A stretch of 64,000 bases of DNA, taken from Desulfosudaceae bacterium (GTDB lineage: Bacteria > Desulfobacterota > Desulfobacteria > Desulfobacterales > Desulfosudaceae). Made by a program: the position numbers and the translations under genes. The notes below the pieces were generated by a model. It was given only the letters and a program-made list of their open reading frames with translations, made no database searches and was not told where the DNA came from. Positions 55,111 to 64,000 of this stretch are shown piece after piece. The stretch is taken from positions 1 to 64,000 of the forward strand of contig CAXXDV010000003.1 in assembly GCA_963674745.2 (NCBI GenBank). The letters are read 5' to 3'. Position 1 is the first letter of the stretch. Every line of letters starts with the position of its first letter.

Positions 55111-56766
55111 TCGTGCTTGAGTAATACGATAAAGACCGGGGTAGCCAAAAGAAAAAGGGCCGTTCATTACGAACCGTCTGGACATGGCATCGATATAGGT
55201 TTTTTGAAACAAAAAGCTGCCCGGCGCCAGATCGGCGATCAGGCGGTCAAACTGCTGAAAATATATTTGCCGGGTCTCCGGGTCTTTTGCGTTCAAGGCC
55301 AGGTGCGCCAGGCGGGCGGCCTCCGGCGAGTCAAAGCCGCCGGCTATGGATCGTGTTTCTTCCGTCTTGACCCACAAGTTGAGGACTTGTTCCGGTCGAC
55401 GACCGTGAGTGGACAGGCTGGTCAGCACGGCCTGAAAGGCCGTGTTTTGAAAATAGCGGGCAAGGAGTTCATCAATCGTCAAAGACCTCAGATGGACCCG
55501 AATGCCCACATCATTCAGGCAGAGTTGAATATACCGGGCGATTTTAAGGTCGGTTTCGTTGCCGGAAGGCAGCAGCAGCTCAAATTCAAAACATTTCCCG
55601 TTTTTCATCAGGCATCGGGTTTGCGGGTCCAGGGTCCAGCCAGCCTTTTCAAGCAGTGCCAGAGCATGGGACGGATTATAGGGAAGGGGTTTAAGATTTG
55701 GATCATGCCCGGCAGACTTGTTGCCCATGGGACCCGCAGTTACCTCGGCCATGCCGTCCAGCATGCATTGGACCATATAGTCCCGGTCAATGGCTTGGGT
55801 CAGGGCCCGTCGGACCTGTGGATTTTCAAACAAAGGATGGTGGGTATTATACAGCAGTATCTTGTAATACGGGTAAAGGCCTATTGAAAAGTAAAACCGG
55901 TCGCTATATTGTTTAATGATTTTATAGTCTTTCAATGTCAAATCATCGGCAATATCGGTATCCCCTTTGATCAGGCGGAGCCAGGATGCCTCCCGGTCTT
56001 GAATATAATAAAAAATCACCTGGTCAATAGCCGGTCGGCCGTTGTAATAATTCTCATTGGCCGCAAGGATCACCTGTCCGTCAGCCGTGTGCTCGACAAA
56101 CTTAAAATGGCCGGAGCCGATGGGTGACTCGTCCGTATTCAGGTATGCCTGACAAGCCGGAGAAGGAATAATTTCCATATCCCATATATTATCCAGTAAC
56201 TCAGGAACATCCTGTTTCATGCGGATTTCCAGCTCATGGGTATCGATTGCCTTCAGGCTTGCGATGATATTACCCAGGCTTTTATTCCTGTTTTCAGTAG
56301 TCGATCGGATTGAAAATAGTACATCATCGGCCGTTAGCGGATCCCCGTTGTGAAAAAGAGCATCCCTTCTTAAGCGGATCCGCCAGGTAAATATTTTTGG
56401 ATCATAATTCCAGGCTGTTGCCAGATCCGGTTCGAGGCCCCCTTCCGTGTTCGGCATGAAAAGATAGCTGTAAATAAACGGGAACACATAGGTTGAACCC
56501 GAACAGTCCACCTTATGCGGGTTAAAGGAACCAAAATCGTAGTCCACATCGAATCGTAGGATATTGCCGGGAGCATCGGTGGCAGGAGGGGCATCATGAT
56601 CTTTGTCCAGGGAGCAGGCGGGCAGCAGAAGGAAAAGTGCCATAAACCATGCAACATAAAATATCCGCTGTGAGAATGTCCGCACTATCAATCCGGATTC
56701 GTAATTAGTATTCGAGATTTTCTTAAAGCAGGTGCCATGATAGCTCAAATTAATCGCTATCGTCAA
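55036..56766 (-). CDS. ABC transporter substrate-binding protein, family 5 (lipoprotein; start uncertain)
   Basis: Lipobox LPAC; PDLA..W, FHNG.PLTADDV.FS, VRRAL..AIDR. Confidence 0.85.
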   Translation of the reverse strand: MTIAINLSYHGTCFKKISNTNYESGLIVRTFSQRIFYVAWFMALFLLLPACSLDKDHDAPPATDAPGNILRFDVDYDFGSFNPHKVDCSGSTYVFPFIYSYLFMPNTEGGLEPDLATAWNYDPKIFTWRIRLRRDALFHNGDPLTADDVLFSIRSTTENRNKSLGNIIASLKAIDTHELEIRMKQDVPELLDNIWDMEIIPSPACQAYLNTDESPIGSGHFKFVEHTADGQVILAANENYYNGRPAIDQVIFYYIQDREASWLRLIKGDTDIADDLTLKDYKIIKQYSDRFYFSIGLYPYYKILLYNTHHPLFENPQVRRALTQAIDRDYMVQCMLDGMAEVTAGPMGNKSAGHDPNLKPLPYNPSHALALLEKAGWTLDPQTRCLMKNGKCFEFELLLPSGNETDLKIARYIQLCLNDVGIRVHLRSLTIDELLARYFQNTAFQAVLTSLSTHGRRPEQVLNLWVKTEETRSIAGGFDSPEAARLAHLALNAKDPETRQIYFQQFDRLIADLAPGSFLFQKTYIDAMSRRFVMNGPFSFGYPGLYRITQARLKNQFDPRLHPPARLGPVDAVDGV

Positions 56767-56904
56767 TTCGTGAACTCTGCTTGCGTCTCCTGTCTTAAAT
56801 ACGATATTAATATATTTTTATGGTTTGTACCCGACAACATTCCCGGCCGGCAGAAAGCCGGGGCGGCTGAAAAGCCGATGTATAAGATCCGGGGAGAAAA
56901 CAAT

Positions 56905-59664
56905 ATGTCCGATATTCAATGGCACCGCCTGACAATAGAAGCCATTACCGCGGAACTGGGTGTGGATGTGCGCAACGGCCTGGACAGCGCCGAAGCAGAA
57001 AACCGGCTGGCCGAATACGGCCCCAACGAACTGGAAGACCGGGGTGGCAAACACCCGCTTAAAATCCTGCTGGAGCAGGTGACCAGCACCATGGTCCTGA
57101 TCCTGATCGTGGCGGCGGTGATTTCCGGTTTTCTGGGCAAGCCCACCGAAACCATCGCCATCGCTGCCATTGTCGTACTCTTCGCCCTGCTGGGATTCAT
57201 CCAGGAATACCGGGCGGAAAAAGCCATGGCCGCCTTGAAAAAAATGACCGTTCCGACCGTGCGCGTGCGGCGCAACGGGGAGGCTCTGGAAATTTCGGCC
57301 CGTGACCTGGTGCCGGGAGATGTGGTGGAACTGGAGGCCGGCGACCTGCTGCCGGCGGACTTGCGCCTGGTGGAAAGCGCCAACCTTCGTATCCAGGAAG
57401 CGGCACTGACCGGGGAATCGGAACCCGTGGACAAGCACGCCGATCCACTTGACCGGGATGACATTGCCCTGGCCGACCGGCGAAATTGCGCCTATATGGG
57501 CACGGTTCTGGCCTATGGCCGCGGCGCCGGTATTGTTACGGCCACGGGTATGCGGACCGAACTGGGCCGCATCGCAGAAATGATTACCGGGGTGACCGAC
57601 CCGCCCACACTGCTTCAGAAACAGCTGGACGCTGTCGGCAATTATCTGGCCCTGGCCGGCAGTGTGGTGGCCGCCGTTGTGATGGGCATCGGCCTGTTAA
57701 AGGGTGAATCCCTGAGTGACATGTTCCTCATCGCGGTCAGCGTGGCCGTGGCCGTGGTGCCCGAAGGCCTGCCGGCGGTGGTGACGATTACCCTCGCCCT
57801 GGGCGCCCAGCGCATGCTCCGGCGCAATGCCCTGATCCGGAAACTGTCGGCGGTGGAGACCCTGGGGTCGGTGACCGTTATCTGCTCGGACAAAACCGGA
57901 ACACTGACGGAAAACCGGATGACCGTGACGCTTCTCGATGTGGACGAGCATCGCCTTGATCTGGGCGATATGGAACAGCCTGTGCCCGGATCGGCCGCGG
58001 AAGAAGAACAGGAAGCGGTTTTATGCGGGCAGTCGCCGGCCATCTGTCTGCTTTTGGGGTGCGGTGCCCTGTGTAACGATGCCTACCTGCTGCCCGACCC
58101 GGATACGGGCGGTTACGCGGTAACCGGTGACCCCACGGAAGGGGCCCTGCTGGTGGCGGCCGCCCGGGCCGGACTCACCCGTAGAACACTTGAAAAAAGC
58201 CTGCCGCGTAGCGATGAAATCCCTTTTGATGCCGAGCGCCGTTTGATGACCACCGTGCACGATTTGCCCCGTAATATTCAGGATGTTCCACCGAACATGA
58301 ACGCATTGTCACGACTGGACACATCCCGGGTGGTCATTACCAAAGGGGCGGTGGACAGCCTGCTGCCGGTTTGTGACCGGATCTGGTCGGTTGACGGGCC
58401 GGTGGCAATGGATGAAGCCGGCCGCAAGCGAATCGAGGCGGCCAATGTCCGCATGGCGAAAAACGGCATGCGCGTTCTGGGCCTGGCCGTCAAGGGCAAA
58501 TCTGAAAAAGAAAGCGATGTTGAAGAGATGCCCCTTGAAGCAGGCCTGGTCTTTCTGGGCCTGTTCGGCATGATCGATCCGCCCCGGCCGGAAGTCAAAT
58601 CCGCGGTTCAGACCTGCCGGACAGCAGGCATCCGGCCGGTCATGATTACCGGTGACCATCCCCTGACCGCCCGTTTTATCGCCTACGAGCTGGGCATCAG
58701 CCCGGACGGCGAGGTGCGCACCGGGGCTGAGCTTGATAAGATGACCCCGGCGGAACTGGCCGCAGCTGTGGACCGGGTTTCGGTTTTTGCACGGGTTTCG
58801 CCCGAACACAAGCTTCGCATCGTGGACGCCCTGCAGGCCAAAGGCCACGTGACGGCCATGACCGGTGACGGTGTAAACGATGCGCCGGCCCTGAAAAAGG
58901 CGGACATCGGTGTGGCCATGGGCATCACCGGCACGGATGTCTCACGTGAGGCCGCCCGTATGGTGCTGCTGGATGATAATTTCGCCACCATTTTGGCGGC
59001 CGTGGAAGAGGGCCGGACCATTTACGGTAATATCCGCAAGTTCGTTAAGTTCAGTGTGGCCGGGAACCTGGGCAAAGTCCTGGTTATGCTGCTGGCGCCC
59101 CTGACGGGGATTTCCGTGGCCCTGCTGCCCCTTCAGCTGTTGTGGCTGAACCTGCTCACGGACGGCCTGCTGGGACTTGGTCTGGGGCTGGAGCCGGCCG
59201 AACCGGGTATCATGGAAGATCCGCCGCGTTCTCCCCGGGAAGGTTTTTTCAGCGGGGGCATGACAGGGCAGATTCTGCGTATCGGCACGGTCATCGGCCT
59301 GACCGCCCTGGTCCTGGGGGTGGTGTATTACGATCCTGCCGATTCCGCGAACAATGTCTGGCAGACCATGATGTTTACCTCTCTGGCCTTTCTGCAGGTC
59401 GGTCAGGCCCTGGCTTCCCGATCGACACGGGCAAGCTTTTTCTCTCGAAAACTTGAACCGAATCATGTTCTGACGGCGCTCAGCCTGGTCGTTGTGCTGC
59501 TGCAGCTGGCGGCCGTGTATCTTCCATACGTCAACGGTTTTTTCGGCGCTCAGCCACTCACCGTCCGACAACTTCTTCTGTGTGCGGCATCAGGAACGGC
59601 TGCCTTTATCCTGATCGAGGTGGAAAAATATGTCCGTTTTCAACGTTTCAAGAGAACCACCTGA
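56905..59664 (+). CDS. P-type ATPase, P2A (Ca2+-type)
   Basis: TGES, PEGL, DKTGT, KGA, GDGVND motifs; ATG 56905 with SD GGAG. Confidence 0.93.
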   Translation: MSDIQWHRLTIEAITAELGVDVRNGLDSAEAENRLAEYGPNELEDRGGKHPLKILLEQVTSTMVLILIVAAVISGFLGKPTETIAIAAIVVLFALLGFIQEYRAEKAMAALKKMTVPTVRVRRNGEALEISARDLVPGDVVELEAGDLLPADLRLVESANLRIQEAALTGESEPVDKHADPLDRDDIALADRRNCAYMGTVLAYGRGAGIVTATGMRTELGRIAEMITGVTDPPTLLQKQLDAVGNYLALAGSVVAAVVMGIGLLKGESLSDMFLIAVSVAVAVVPEGLPAVVTITLALGAQRMLRRNALIRKLSAVETLGSVTVICSDKTGTLTENRMTVTLLDVDEHRLDLGDMEQPVPGSAAEEEQEAVLCGQSPAICLLLGCGALCNDAYLLPDPDTGGYAVTGDPTEGALLVAAARAGLTRRTLEKSLPRSDEIPFDAERRLMTTVHDLPRNIQDVPPNMNALSRLDTSRVVITKGAVDSLLPVCDRIWSVDGPVAMDEAGRKRIEAANVRMAKNGMRVLGLAVKGKSEKESDVEEMPLEAGLVFLGLFGMIDPPRPEVKSAVQTCRTAGIRPVMITGDHPLTARFIAYELGISPDGEVRTGAELDKMTPAELAAAVDRVSVFARVSPEHKLRIVDALQAKGHVTAMTGDGVNDAPALKKADIGVAMGITGTDVSREAARMVLLDDNFATILAAVEEGRTIYGNIRKFVKFSVAGNLGKVLVMLLAPLTGISVALLPLQLLWLNLLTDGLLGLGLGLEPAEPGIMEDPPRSPREGFFSGGMTGQILRIGTVIGLTALVLGVVYYDPADSANNVWQTMMFTSLAFLQVGQALASRSTRASFFSRKLEPNHVLTALSLVVVLLQLAAVYLPYVNGFFGAQPLTVRQLLLCAASGTAAFILIEVEKYVRFQRFKRTT

Positions 59665-59675
59665 AACCGGATTGT

Positions 59676-60767
59676 TCATGGTTGGCAGGTCACATGACAG
59701 ACGCCGGTCGGTGTCTGTACGGCGTGAGGAAAATATTTTCGTTTAAAGAACAGCGCCACGTTGACCAAACCGATTAATACGGGGACTTCCACCAGCGGCC
59801 CGATGACCGCGGCAAAAGCCTGCCCCGAATCAAGACCGAAAACCGCCACGGCTACGGCAATGGCCAGCTCGAAGTTGTTTGAGGCGGCCGTAAACGACAG
59901 GGTGGTGGTCTGTTCATACGTTGCGCGGGCCTTTGTGGAAAGCCAGAAAGAAACAAAGAACATGATCACAAAATAAACGCACAGGGGAATGGCCACTCGG
60001 ACCACGTCAAGGGGCAGCTCGACGATATATTCGCCTTTTAAGGAAAACATGACCAGGATGGTGAACAGCAGGGCAATCAGCGTGATGGGGCTGATTTTAG
60101 GGATAAAGTTTTTTTCGTACCGCTCGGCGCCCACGGTTTTCAAGCCGATCAGGCGGGAAAGCACGCCCGCAATAAAAGGGATGCCCAGGTAGATAAACAC
60201 ACTTTGGGCGATCTGCCCCATGGAAATATCCACCGCCATGCCTTCCAGTCCCAGCCATGCCGGCAGGATAGTGATGAAAACATAGGCGTAAACCGGGAAA
60301 AAAAGAACCTGGAAGATGGAGTTGAAGGCCACCAGCCCGGCACAGTATTCGCGGTCGCCCGATGCCAGGTCGTTCCAGACGATGACCATGGCGATACAGC
60401 GGGCCAGGCCGATCAGGATCAGGCCGACCATATATTCCTGGTGACCGGATAAAAACGAGATGGCCAGCAGAAACATCAGGATCGGGCCGATGATCCAGTT
60501 CTGCACCAGGGAAAGGGCCAGGACTTTTACATCGCGAAACACAAATCCCAGCTTTTCGTATTTCACCTTGGCCAGGGGCGGATACATCATCAATATCAGG
60601 CCGATGGCGATGGGGATATTGGTGGTACCCACTGAAAAACGGTTGATGAAATTCTTTATTTCAGGGTACAGATAACCACCGCCCACGCCCACGGCCATGG
60701 CCAGAAATATCCACAGGGTCAAAAATCTGTCCAGAACACTTAATCTTTTTATGGCGGTATCGTTCAT
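59676..60767 (-). CDS. acr3: Acr3 arsenite efflux transporter
   Basis: [34 protein letters not shown]. Confidence 0.96.
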   Translation of the reverse strand: MNDTAIKRLSVLDRFLTLWIFLAMAVGVGGGYLYPEIKNFINRFSVGTTNIPIAIGLILMMYPPLAKVKYEKLGFVFRDVKVLALSLVQNWIIGPILMFLLAISFLSGHQEYMVGLILIGLARCIAMVIVWNDLASGDREYCAGLVAFNSIFQVLFFPVYAYVFITILPAWLGLEGMAVDISMGQIAQSVFIYLGIPFIAGVLSRLIGLKTVGAERYEKNFIPKISPITLIALLFTILVMFSLKGEYIVELPLDVVRVAIPLCVYFVIMFFVSFWLSTKARATYEQTTTLSFTAASNNFELAIAVAVAVFGLDSGQAFAAVIGPLVEVPVLIGLVNVALFFKRKYFPHAVQTPTGVCHVTCQP

Positions 60768-60780
60768 ATTACCTCTTTCT

Positions 60781-61488
60781 TCAGGTTGTAAACAGGTTGA
60801 CGCCGAACAGATAGGTGATCATAAAATATATGCCGATGCCGATAAAAACAATTGCCGTCAAACGACGCAGATATCGCTCAACCAGTGTCAGCCCGTTGAT
60901 GAACCGGGACGCGAAACGTGCACCGAAGGCCATCAGCAAGGCAAACCCGATGACCGGCAGGGCCGTACCGATGCCGAACCATAAGGGCAGCCAGATACTG
61001 GACTTGAATTTTAAAGCCAGGGGAATGACACTTCCGAAAAACAGGGCGGCTGAAACCGGGCAGAACGAAAGCGCGAAAACAAACCCCAGAAAAACCGCAC
61101 CCGGTATGCCGCCCTTGCCCAATCGCTGAATGAAATTCGAATTCCCGTTACCGATTGCCGGCAGGCGCAGGGGAATGAGATCCAGGATAAGAATACCGGC
61201 CATAACCAGTACCGGACCCAGCAGTTTGTTCATGTACTGCTGCAGAAACATGGACACACCGGGTATGGAGAACAGTCCGGCCACAACCGCAAAACAGATC
61301 AGGATATAGGCCGCTGACCGGCCGGTGGTATAGGCGGTTCCGGCCACAAGGCTGCCGTAGCGGGTGTTGATCTGTTTGCCGATAAAGGTGGTGGCCGCGA
61401 TATTGGTGGCCAGGGGGCAGGGCGAAATCGATGTCAAAATGCCGAACCACAGGGCTGAGATCATGGGTAGAGCAGATATGTCCATCAA
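60781..61488 (-). CDS. ArsG-like / DsbD-CcdA family membrane protein
   Basis: [23 protein letters not shown]. Confidence 0.8.
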   Translation of the reverse strand: MMDISALPMISALWFGILTSISPCPLATNIAATTFIGKQINTRYGSLVAGTAYTTGRSAAYILICFAVVAGLFSIPGVSMFLQQYMNKLLGPVLVMAGILILDLIPLRLPAIGNGNSNFIQRLGKGGIPGAVFLGFVFALSFCPVSAALFFGSVIPLALKFKSSIWLPLWFGIGTALPVIGFALLMAFGARFASRFINGLTLVERYLRRLTAIVFIGIGIYFMITYLFGVNLFTT

Positions 61489-61940
61489 TTATTCTCCATG
61501 AATTTTCGGGTTTTTCCGGCCACATAATCGATAAATTGATTCTGGTCGTGGGCGAGCTTCCAGATGTCCGGGAGGTTCATCCAGCGGACCAGTTTGCCGT
61601 CTTTATATTCGGTGACAATCACGGACTTGGTGTAAAGCTGGAAATCTTTTACAAAGTGTTTATTCTCCGGTTCGTCGATGTCCAATGCCTGCCATTTCAG
61701 GCGGCCGGCTTCTACATGTTCTCTTAAATCATCCTTTACGGCCATCGCCGACCATTCTTCGATTCTCAAACAGGTGCTGCACCGCTTGCCCATGAAAAAA
61801 TAATAAACGATGTATTCAGCAGAAATTTCTGCTATTGGGGCGTCCGTTTGGCTGCAACGTCCTGCCGAAGACCAGGCAAGCGACAGGAACGTGATGGCGA
61901 GGGATACAACAATCAATCTGAGTAAGCGGCATTTTTTCAT
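61485..61940 (-). CDS. ArsF-like exported thioredoxin-fold protein
   Basis: Signal peptide; VYYF...RCSTC..IE; ATG 61940. Confidence 0.75.
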   Translation of the reverse strand: MKKCRLLRLIVVSLAITFLSLAWSSAGRCSQTDAPIAEISAEYIVYYFFMGKRCSTCLRIEEWSAMAVKDDLREHVEAGRLKWQALDIDEPENKHFVKDFQLYTKSVIVTEYKDGKLVRWMNLPDIWKLAHDQNQFIDYVAGKTRKFMENN

Positions 61941-62185
61941 TTGGTCTCCTTTTCCCTGATCCAGGATATGACCTCCTCTTTTTTGGGGCTTTTGCCCGCG
62001 CATTTCACATCACCGTCAAGGATGACCGCCGGTGTGGCGAACACGCCGTAGCCCGCGATTTTCATCAGATCGTGAACCATTTCAACCTCTGCAGGCACAT
62101 CCGCTTCTTCCACGGCTGCTCGGACGATTTTTTCCGCCTGTCGGCATTTGGCACAGCCGGGGCCCAGTACTTTGATTTCAATCAT
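61937..62185 (-). CDS. Small redox-active disulfide protein (MTH895/ArsE-like)
   Basis: IKVLGPGCAKC, YGV..TPAV..DG. Confidence 0.88.
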   Translation of the reverse strand: MIEIKVLGPGCAKCRQAEKIVRAAVEEADVPAEVEMVHDLMKIAGYGVFATPAVILDGDVKCAGKSPKKEEVISWIREKETK

Positions 62186-63039
62186 GATTTTTCCTGTTTA
62201 ACGGCTGTGATATCCAGGCTGGTGATGTAGTCACCCGGTCCGGCATTTGCCGGAAGGCCGTTGGTGATCTCCTGATAAAAGGGTTCAGCCCATTTGGTCA
62301 TCTGGTTGATATAGTCGGATTTCATTTTGAGATCGGTCTCAACCAGTCCGACCGATCGGATCATTTCCCGGGTTTCCGCCACCGGTACGGCGCCGGCGAT
62401 GCAGCTGACCAGTGCCTGTACGGAATTTTTGACCGCTTCGGGCAGGGGCTTTAAAAGCGCCAGGTCGGAAACCGATACCCGGCCGCCGGGCATTAACACC
62501 CGGGCGATCTCTTTCCATACCTGGTTTTTATCCGGCGAAAGATTGATGACACAGTTGGAAATGATGACATCCACGCTGGCATCGGCCACCGGCAGGTGCT
62601 CGATTTCTCCCAGGCGGAATTCAACATTGTCAAGGCCGCTTGATTCAAGGAAGACTTTTGCGTTTTGTCTGACTTTGTCGATCATGTCCGGTGTCATGTC
62701 GACACCGATGACACGACCTGTGGGGCCGACTTTACGGGCCGCCATAAAAGCGTCAAAACCGCCACCCGCGCCGAGGTCAAGCACCGTTTCTCCGGGCTTC
62801 AGTGATGCCATGGCGGTCGGATTCCCGCATGACAGCCCCATGTTGGCGCCGTCAGGGAGGGCGGCCAGATCATCGTCGCTATATCCCACAATCTCGGCAA
62901 CCGAACCGGCGATCGTCATTCCGTTGTTCAAGTCCGGTCCGCAGCATAGTGCTCCCTGACGTGCAATCTTACCGTATTCTTCACGGACGGTTCCGCGGAC
63001 ATCCATATTTTCTTCATGGTTTGAATTATGATGCATCAT
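62182..63039 (-). CDS. arsM: Arsenite S-adenosylmethionine methyltransferase
   Basis: CC, GLSCGNP, LDLGAGGG, GVDMT, ISNCVINL, SCIAGA. Confidence 0.93.
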   Translation of the reverse strand: MMHHNSNHEENMDVRGTVREEYGKIARQGALCCGPDLNNGMTIAGSVAEIVGYSDDDLAALPDGANMGLSCGNPTAMASLKPGETVLDLGAGGGFDAFMAARKVGPTGRVIGVDMTPDMIDKVRQNAKVFLESSGLDNVEFRLGEIEHLPVADASVDVIISNCVINLSPDKNQVWKEIARVLMPGGRVSVSDLALLKPLPEAVKNSVQALVSCIAGAVPVAETREMIRSVGLVETDLKMKSDYINQMTKWAEPFYQEITNGLPANAGPGDYITSLDITAVKQEKS

Positions 63040-63048
63040 TGGTTTCCT

Positions 63049-63423
63049 TTACCGTTGGCATTTTCCTGTTATTCTCCTGCATATATCCTCCGGATCGCAT
63101 GACAAGATTTCCCGTAATTTTGTTTTATCCTGCAAGGCCGTCGGCGAGGCACCGGCGGTTTCAAATGCCCATTGAAGGGCTGTTCTGACTGCTTCCGGCG
63201 CATTTTCTCCGGCCACACGATAATAAGCCCAGCGTCCTTCTTTGCGCATATCGACCAGGCCGGCATGTTTTAAAATGGACATATGCTTTGATACGGTCGA
63301 CGGCGCCAGTCCGAGCAGTTCAATGAGTTGACAGACACACAGCTCTCCTTTTTCAAGTGACAATAAAAGGCGAACGCGGCTTTCATCGGCAAGTGCCTTT
63401 GTGATGGTAATGAATTCTTTCAT
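63049..63423 (-). CDS. arsR: ArsR/SmtB family repressor
   Basis: KALAD..R, ELCVC, STVSKH..IL. Confidence 0.92.
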   Translation of the reverse strand: MKEFITITKALADESRVRLLLSLEKGELCVCQLIELLGLAPSTVSKHMSILKHAGLVDMRKEGRWAYYRVAGENAPEAVRTALQWAFETAGASPTALQDKTKLREILSCDPEDICRRITGKCQR

Positions 63424-63695
63424 GCCAATCCCCATTTCGTTATATGGCGAATTATAGAAATGAAATCTGTTCCTGTCAAGCCTGTTTTACACCAAAACAG
63501 AAAATTTTATTTCAACCCGTTGCCTTGCAAAGGCCGGGTCGAACTGATATCACCCCATGAAACGCCTGATGATCTTAAAACAGAGGTGTTTCACATGACA
63601 CCGGACAAATTGATATATAAATGCGGCTTTGCTATGGGCAAAGGCCTTAACCTTCAACAGAACAATCAATTTCAGCTTTTCTGGATCACACGGTC

Positions 63696-64000
63696 ATGAA
63701 GAACCCGACTGATATACGTTTTCACCGCTACGGCATCTGGAACAGGAACCTTTATCTCTGGTGGGATTACTATAACGACCTTTATCTTAAAGGCGGTCTG
63801 AAGCGGCCGGTGATCCGGCTGTCTTCGTTTAAAGGCGCTTTGGGAAAATGGGAGGCGGCCACAAGGGCCATTACATTGTCCATCGCTCACATCGAGACGG
63901 ATGACTGGCTCTGCGTTATGGAAACCCTGCGGCATGAGATGGCCCACCAGTACGTGGACGAAGTCCTTCGTCCGGTGAATGAAACCGCTCATGGACGGGC
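63696..64000 (+). CDS. SprT-like zinc metalloprotease (partial, runs off the window)
   Basis: LGKW...I.LS...ETLRHEMAHQ...HG in the frame starting at ATG 63696. Confidence 0.8.
   Translation, partial: MKNPTDIRFHRYGIWNRNLYLWWDYYNDLYLKGGLKRPVIRLSSFKGALGKWEAATRAITLSIAHIETDDWLCVMETLRHEMAHQYVDEVLRPVNETAHGR

Noticed and set aside
55117..62959. Many long antisense and alternative-frame ORFs over the SBP, ATPase and ars genes
   Set aside because: Typical shadows of GC-rich coding sequence with no motifs.
63672..63992. 106-aa minus-strand ORF from the track
   Set aside because: Shadow of the plus-strand SprT-like gene with its HEMAH motif.

Overview
Accessory region of a bacterial chromosome, probably a sulfate-reducing deltaproteobacterium (Desulfobacterales-like; inferred from protein families and an apparent selenoprotein). 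Bases 1-~38.6 kb look like the right part of a large integrative element ending at a tmRNA 3'-end repeat. It carries a replication-type ATPase with iteron-like repeats, an AT-rich defence-like block (GIY-YIG and PD-(D/E)XK nucleases, an NDT/TIR-like P-loop ATPase next to a divergent DAC-domain protein, a BsuBI/PstI-type RM system), csrA, and an ssb/annealing-protein/RecB-nuclease/UvrD/DUF932/RadC operon. It also carries a complete integron: intI, a putative attI, 17 cassettes, 16 full attC and 1 truncated attC. The most notable signals are (1) a tandem pair of NrdR-box-like operators 31 bp apart directly in front of intI, (2) a cassette encoding a probable selenoprotein (in-frame UGA, SECIS-like hairpin, true stop in the attC), (3) two gene-less cassettes with a promoter and a structured segment, (4) res-like direct repeats bracketing the integron, and (5) an anomalous intI translation start. 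Two further degenerate tmRNA-end repeats (40.8 and 50.2 kb) delimit smaller or decayed islands: an AbiE-like TA pair, rve transposase, Fic, an orphan Rhs core cut by ISL3, an intact IS66, and hicBA. The last 14 kb hold transport genes and an arsR-arsM-arsEFG-like-acr3 arsenic cluster. All family assignments come from motif recognition by eye; no searches were run.
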